From an uncultured delta proteobacterium (GTDB lineage Bacteria > Myxococcota_A > Polyangia > Palsa-1104): a stretch of DNA of 64,000 bases. Of this stretch, positions 56,809-64,000 are shown piece after piece. The stretch lies in the NCBI GenBank assembly GCA_963785725.1, contig CAWAWS010000007.1:288001-352000 (forward strand). Direction: 5' to 3'. Under the pieces are notes generated by a model. That model was given only the letters and a program-made list of their open reading frames with translations. It was not told the origin of the DNA and made no database searches. The translations under genes and the position numbers were made by a program. The stretch's first letter is position 1, and every line of letters begins with the position of its first letter.

Positions 56809-58154
56809 GCACGGACGACGTTCGCGAAATCTCAGGTAAGCACACCTATGGCACTTGGCGGCGGCAAAAGGGGTTCAACCCGCTCAACATCGTCGACGCC
56901 GAAGGCTCGTACTTCACCGACTCGAGCGGCAAGCGCTACCTCGATCTGTCGAGCCAGCTCATGTGCTCGAACCTTGGGCCACAAGAATCGCGCCGTCATC
57001 GACGCCATCAAGCGGCAAGCCGAGGAATTGGCGTTCATCGCGCCCGGCTACACGACCAAGGCGCGCTCGGAGCTATGTAACGAGCTATTGACGGTACTGC
57101 CCACAGGACTGACGAAATACTTCTTTACGACCTCGGGCACGGAAGCGAACGAGGCGGCGATCAAGATCGCGCGGCTTTACACCGGTAAGCACAAGATCAT
57201 CTCGCGCTACGCCAGCTATCACGGCTCGACGGCGGGATCGATCTCGCTGACCGGCGATTTCCGTCGCTGGCCGTCCGAGCCGTTCGACACCGTGCCGGGC
57301 ACGGCGTTCGCGCCCGACGTCAACTGCTATCGCTGCCCGCTCAAGAAGTCGCACCCCGAGTGCGGCATCGCCTGCGCCGATTACACCGAGTACATGATCG
57401 AGCGCGAAGGCAATGTCGCGGCGATGATCATCGAGCCCATCGTCGGTACCAATGGCATCTTGGTGCCGCCGAAGGAATATCTCGTCAAGCTACGCGCGAT
57501 AACGAAGCGACATAACGTGCTGCTCATCGCCGACGAGGTCATGACCGGCTGGGGTCGCACCGGCGATTGGTTCGCGGTCAATCAGGGCGGCGACGGCCAC
57601 GCCATCGTCCCCGAATTTTGTGCACCGCCAAAGGCATCACCGGCGCCTATGTGCCGCTCGGTCTGTGTGCGACGACGGAAGAGATCGCCGACTTCTTCAA
57701 TGAACGCTACTTCGCGCACGGACATACCTATGAGGCGCATCCGCTGACGCTTGGCGCCGGCGACGGCGGCGATCCGCGAGTACAAGCGACTTGAACCTCA
57801 TCGAGCGTTCGCGGACGATGGGCGAGCTGCTCGGCCAGAAGCTGGCGGCGATCAAAGAGAAGCATCCGTCGCGTCGGTGACGTGCGCGGCCGCGGGCTCT
57901 TCTATGCCGTCGAGCTGGTCAAAGATCGCGCCAAGAAGACGCCGTTCAATACGCCGGCGGAGAAGCTGGAAGGCAAGCCGCTCGTCATCGATCAAGTGAC
58001 GGCGAAGATGATGGGCGCGGGCGTCGCCTGTCTCGGCTGGATCAGCCACCTCGTCATCGCGCCGCCGCTCATCGTCACCGAGGCCGAGCTCGACGAAGGC
58101 TTGCGCGTGCTCGACGACGCGCTCACCGTCGCCGACGCGCACGTGGCGGCGTGA
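56805..58154 (+). CDS. Class III aminotransferase (beta-alanine/omega-amino acid), with about 5 frameshifts
   Basis: YLDLSSQL, SGTEANE, SYHGST, IEPIVG, LIADEVMTGWGRTG, AKGITGAY, HGHTY, RGRGLF and IAPPL across frames. Confidence 0.85.
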
Positions 58155-59687
58155 TGCCGCGCGGCGCCGATGATCCACGCGACATCGGCGCCGGCACCGT
58201 CGTCGGCGGCGAGATCCGCCACGCCGACGGGCGCGTCGAGCTCGACGCGGCGACGACGCGCGAAATCGAGTCCAGCCCGCTCTTCAATCACGATCTGGCG
58301 CCCGTGCGCGTCGCCGAGCGCACGTGGACCACGTACAACTACGCCGCGCTCTGGATCTCGATGGCGCACTGCATTCCCACGTACATGCTGGCGTCGGGAC
58401 TCATCGGCGCCGGCATGTCGTGGTGGCAGGCGCTCGTCACCATCTTGCTCGGCAACATGATCGTGCTCGTGCCCATCCTCGCCAACTCGCACCCCGGCAC
58501 GAAGTACGGCATCCCGTTTCCCGTCTTCGCGCGCGCCGCTTACGGCACCTCCGGCGCGAACCTGCCGGCGCTGATGCGCGCGATCGTCGCGTGCGGCTGG
58601 TTCGGCATTCAGTGCTGGATCGGCGGCGAGGCGTTGCACACGTTCTTTAGCGCCGCGTTCCCGTGGTGGCGACATACGCTGGCTATCGCACCTGCGAATG
58701 GCGGCCACGCGCTCGGCGAATGGATCGGCTTCGCGCTCTTCTGGCGCATCAACATCGCCGTCGTCTTCCGCGGCATGGAGCTACTGCGCAAAGTGGAGAA
58801 CTGGGCCGCGCCGTTCGTCCTCGTGATGACGACGTTCTTCGTCGTTTGGGCCTTGAAGCGCGCGCACGGCTTGGGCGCGATCATGGCGCAGCCCGGTAAG
58901 ATTCCGCGATTTTCCGTCGTTCTTCAAAGTGTTCGTCCCGTCGCTGACCGCGATGATCGGCTTCTGGGCCACGCTGTCGCTCAACATGCCCGACTTCACG
59001 CGCTTCGGTCGCTCGCAGCGCGAGCAGATGCTCGGCCAGGTCGTCGCGCTGCCGACGACGATGACGGTCTTCGCCGCGATGGGCGTCATCATCACGTCCG
59101 CCAGCGTCCTCATCTACGGCCAAGCCATCTGGGATCCGGTGAGCTTGGTCGGCAAGTTCACGCAGCCGTGGCTCGTCGCCATCGCGATGTTCACCGTCGT
59201 CGTCGCCACGCTCAGCGTCAACATCGCCGCCAACGTCGTCTCGCCCGCCAACGATTTCGCCAACGCCTTCCCGCGCCACATCGGCTTTCGCATGGGCGGT
59301 CTCATCACCGGCGTCGTCGGCGTCGTCATGCTGCCGTGGAAGCTCATCGCCGATCCCTCGGGCTACATCTTCAAGTGGCTGCTCGGCTATTCCGGCGGCC
59401 TCGGCTCGATCGCGGGCGTGCTCATCGCCGATTATTTCATCGTGCGCAATAAACGCCTCAACCTCGCCGACCTCTATCGCGCGGGCGGCGAATATCATTA
59501 TCGCGGCGGCTGGAACCTCCCGGCCGTCGCCGCGACGCTGCTCGGCTGCGGCTTGGCCTGGGCCGGCGCCGTCGTCCCGGCGCTGGCCGCGCTCTACGAT
59601 TACGCCTGGTTCGTCGGGTTCATCGTCGCCGCCGTCGCTTACTTGGCGCTGGCACGAGCATCTGGCCCGCGTTCGGTTCAAGCTTAA
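58154..59687 (+). CDS. NCS1 nucleobase:cation symporter (one +1 frameshift near 58901)
   Basis: N.DLAP, GTKYGIPFPV..R, ACGWFGIQ, WATLSLNMPDFTRF, NIAANVVSPAND and PWKL. Confidence 0.9.
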
Positions 59688-59693
59688 GCGCGG

Positions 59694-60455
59694 ATGACGC
59701 TGCTCGATTCGACGATGCGCTTTTCGGCGACCGCCGACGTGTACGATCGCTATCGCCCCGACTATCCCGCCGCCATTTTCGACTGGATCGTCGCCGCCGC
59801 GCAGCTCGAGCCGGCCGCGCCCGTCGTCGATCTCGGCTGCGGCACGGGGATCTCCGCGCGCCAGCTGGCCGCGCGCGGCTATCGCGTCACCGGCGTCGAT
59901 CCCAACGCGCGCATGCTCGGCTACGCGCGCGGCTATCGCCCCGGCGCGCACGGCCCGTTCTATGTCCGCGCGCGCGCCGAGGCGCTGCCGCTCGCCGATT
60001 CCGCGGCCGCGCTGGTGACGATGGCGCAGAGCGCGCATTGGTTCGTCGTCGATCCGGCACGCCGCACGCCGGTCTTGGCCGAGCTGGCGCGCGTGGCGCC
60101 GTTCGCCGTCGCGCTCTGGAACCGCCGCGCCAAGAGCCCGTTCATGAGCGACTATGACGCTTTGATACGTGCTTATGCCGCCGACTATTCGCACGTTCCC
60201 ACCGTCGAGCAAGCGCTGCATGCGCTGCGCGCGGCGGTGCCCAACGCGTGCGAGACCAAGCTGCCGCATCGACAGATGCTCGATCGCGCCGGCCTCGTTG
60301 GTCGCGCCTGGTCGTCGAGCTACGTCGCGCACGGCGTACGCGAGCGCGCCCAATTCGACGCCGCGCTCGACGCGCTGTTCTCGAAGCACATGCAAGCCGA
60401 CCGCGTCGAGTTCCTGTTCGAGACGGTCGCTATCGCTTGGTCCACACGCGACTGA
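59694..60455 (+). CDS. Class I SAM-dependent methyltransferase
   Basis: YDRYRPDYP, DLGCGTG, GVDPN..M and AQSAHWF. Confidence 0.9.
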   Translation: MTLLDSTMRFSATADVYDRYRPDYPAAIFDWIVAAAQLEPAAPVVDLGCGTGISARQLAARGYRVTGVDPNARMLGYARGYRPGAHGPFYVRARAEALPLADSAAALVTMAQSAHWFVVDPARRTPVLAELARVAPFAVALWNRRAKSPFMSDYDALIRAYAADYSHVPTVEQALHALRAAVPNACETKLPHRQMLDRAGLVGRAWSSSYVAHGVRERAQFDAALDALFSKHMQADRVEFLFETVAIAWSTRD

Positions 60456-60459
60456 GCGG

Positions 60460-60507
60460 CTATCGCACGTAACTGTCGATGGCCCTATCGCACGTGACAG
60501 TCGATAG
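60460..60507. repeat. 21-bp near-identical direct repeat x2 with self-complementary ends, 25-bp period
   Basis: ctatcgcacgtaactgtcgat (60460) and ctatcgcacgtgacagtcgat(ag) (60485), between convergent genes. Confidence 0.8.
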
Positions 60508-60538
60508 AACGCGGCTCATGTAACCGGCGATAAAAGCG

Positions 60539-61144
60539 TTACAGCAGGTTGAGCGGCGGCGCGGTTACGAGATCGAGGAACTCTTGGCGAGTCGCGGGGT
60601 TCTCGCGGAAGATGCCGCGCACGGCCGACGTCACGACGCGCGCCTCGTGCGCGCGAATGCCGCGCGCCGCCATGCACAAGTGCAGCCCTTCGACGTAGGC
60701 CGCCGAGCCGCGCGTCTCCATGCGCTCATGCAGGAGCGCCGCCAATTCCTGCGTCAAATCCTCCTGCAGCACCGGCCGATGGGCGAGCAGGTTGACGATG
60801 CGCGACAGCTTGGAGATGCCGAGCACTTTGGCGCCCGGCAAATAGGCGACGCTGATGCGATAGATGACCGGCAACAAATGATGCGGACACATGCCGAAGC
60901 TGATGTTGTGCTTCGAGATGACCATCTCGTCGTAATGCGCCGGGAAGACGCGGCTCAACATCGTGTCGATCTGCGTCTTGACGTCCTCGGTCGCGCCCAC
61001 GAGCTCGGTCATGGCCCGCGCCGCGCGCGCCGCCGTCTCGTCGAAGTTGGCGTCGGTCTTCACCGGATAGCCGAGCTCTTCGAACGCTTCCAAGATCTGC
61101 TGGTAGGCGCCTTCCAACTTCGCGTACGCCGCTTCCTTGCTCAT
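60539..61144 (-). CDS. folE: GTP cyclohydrolase I
   Basis: CPHHLLP, GISKLSR, LQEDLT and HLCMAARG. The ATG overlaps the mutY stop. Confidence 0.9.
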   Translation of the reverse strand: MSKEAAYAKLEGAYQQILEAFEELGYPVKTDANFDETAARAARAMTELVGATEDVKTQIDTMLSRVFPAHYDEMVISKHNISFGMCPHHLLPVIYRISVAYLPGAKVLGISKLSRIVNLLAHRPVLQEDLTQELAALLHERMETRGSAAYVEGLHLCMAARGIRAHEARVVTSAVRGIFRENPATRQEFLDLVTAPPLNLL

Positions 61145-62250
61145 GGATTGGCTTTCCTTTTCCCTGTAGATGCCGGCAGCGGCAGCGTCGTTTGCTCCCA
61201 AATGCGCCGCGTCCACGCGGCGACGCCGAGCTCGAGTGCGCCCGCGCGCGGCTGCCAATGGTGCGCGTCGTAGCCGTCGAGCCGCAGCTTGCCGCGGGCG
61301 CGCGCGGCGAAGACGTGGAACTGCATGCGCCGATGGGTCAGCACGTGCTCGAAGCTGCCGTGCGGGCGCAGCTCGGTCAACGTCAGGCCGACGCCGGCGG
61401 CCGTCGCGTGCGCCGCGTCTTCGTCCGGCAGTTCGCCGCGGCCGAGCTGGCGGAGCGGCGGCTCCCACAAGCCGCCCCACAATCCCGACGGCGGGCGGCG
61501 CACGAACAGGAGCTTGCCGTCGCGCTCGGCCAAGAGCGCCACGGCGGCGACGGCGCGCGGCGGCTTCTTCGTCTTCGCCGCCGGCGTCGCCTCGACGGTA
61601 TCGGCGGCGCGAGCGCGACACTGCGCGACGAGCGGGCAGCGCGAGCAGCCGGGCGCGCGCGGCGTGCACACCGTCGCGCCCAGCTCCATCATCGCCTGAT
61701 TGAACGCGCTCGCGTCCACACCGCCGTCGCTGCGCACCAATTCTTCGGCGCGCCGCCACACGTCCTTCTTGAGCGCGGCGGAGTCGGCGGCGCCGGGCAG
61801 GCCGTCGACGCGCGCCAAGACGCGCACGACATTGCCGTCGACGATCGGCTCCGGCCGGCCGTAGGCGATGCTGACGATGGCGCCCGACGTGTACGCGCCG
61901 ATGCCGGGCAGCGCGCGGACGTCGGCGGTCTCCGTCGGGAATTGCCCGCCGTAGGTCGTCGCCACTTCGCGCGCGGCGGCGTGCAGATTGCGGGCGCGCG
62001 CGTAATAGCCGAGCCCGGCCCAATGCGACAGGACGTCGTCGAGCGGCGCCTCGGCCAGGGCGCGCACCGTCGGAAAGCGGTCCATCCAGCGCGTGAAGTA
62101 GGGCGTCACCGTGGCGACTTGCGTCTGCTGCAGCATGATCTCGGACACCCACACGGCGTAGGGATCGCGCGTGCGCCGCCAAGGCAGGTCGCGGTGGCCG
62201 CGCGCAAACCAGCTGACGAGCGCGCGCCGAATCTGCAGATCGCGATTCAA
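61141..62250 (-). CDS. mutY: A/G-specific adenine glycosylase
   Basis: RDLPWR, VSEIMLQQT, WAGLGYY.RARNL, LPGIGAYT, VDGNV.RV and the C-x6-C-x2-C-x5-C Fe-S motif. Start TTG 62250 inferred. Confidence 0.95.
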   Translation of the reverse strand: MNRDLQIRRALVSWFARGHRDLPWRRTRDPYAVWVSEIMLQQTQVATVTPYFTRWMDRFPTVRALAEAPLDDVLSHWAGLGYYARARNLHAAAREVATTYGGQFPTETADVRALPGIGAYTSGAIVSIAYGRPEPIVDGNVVRVLARVDGLPGAADSAALKKDVWRRAEELVRSDGGVDASAFNQAMMELGATVCTPRAPGCSRCPLVAQCRARAADTVEATPAAKTKKPPRAVAAVALLAERDGKLLFVRRPPSGLWGGLWEPPLRQLGRGELPDEDAAHATAAGVGLTLTELRPHGSFEHVLTHRRMQFHVFAARARGKLRLDGYDAHHWQPRAGALELGVAAWTRRIWEQTTLPLPASTGKRKANP

Positions 62251-62310
62251 CGCGAGCGGTATAGCACGCAAACGCCGTGAAAACGCGCGCCAGCGACGAC
62301 GGCCGCGCGC

Positions 62311-62344
62311 AAAAAAAGAGGGCGACCCTCGCGGATCGCCCTCT
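62311..62344 (-). terminator. Rho-independent terminator after groEL
   Basis: Stem agagggcga/tcgccctct followed on the minus strand by a T7 run. Confidence 0.85.
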
Positions 62345-62374
62345 CGCAAACGATTACCTAACTACCGCGTCGGC

Positions 62375-64000
<1,626 letters not shown>

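Noticed and set aside
56805..58154. Aminotransferase (and pccB) as true pseudogenes
   Set aside because: All catalytic motifs are preserved and only indels were seen, so sequencing error is more parsimonious.
49042..60507. Prophage or integrative element
   Set aside because: No integrase, att pair, tRNA or phage genes were found. The only signal is the compositional shift.

Overview
This is a very GC-rich, gene-dense chromosomal window. Its gene content points to a Myxococcota (myxobacterium-like) genome: several PilZ/MshEN proteins, a Hanks kinase with a Pro/Ala linker and TPR, many lipoproteins, a CFI-box protein and a GroEL lacking GGM repeats. I can support about 65 CDS. I found no rRNA, tRNA, CRISPR array, integrase or transposase. 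Housekeeping genes include pccB-like, uppS-cdsA-hemE, tatA/B-tatC, pspA, sthA, mpg, mutY-folE and groEL. A complete reductive pyrimidine catabolism operon (preT-preA-ALDH-VOC-ureidopropionase-hydA-aminotransferase-NCS1, 50053-59687) sits behind a sigma54-type promoter in a visibly less GC-biased segment. Seven conserved genes carry single-base frameshifts that look like long-read consensus errors. Four items most deserve follow-up. (1) An operon encoding a DUF2271-like/FN3/CFI-box-CTERM protein, a DUF4266 CGCN lipoprotein and a DUF3570 barrel, which may be an envelope redox/flavinylation system with no adjacent ApbE. (2) Two divergent microproteins below the ORF-track cutoff at 28591-29104, one with a repeated peptide motif whose copies differ almost entirely by synonymous codons. 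(3) A kinase with paired non-canonical catalytic motifs (HRDLRPRN, GDPRY). (4) A zinc-ribbon gene translationally coupled to a 39-aa peptide. All assignments come from reading motifs by eye; no database searches were run.
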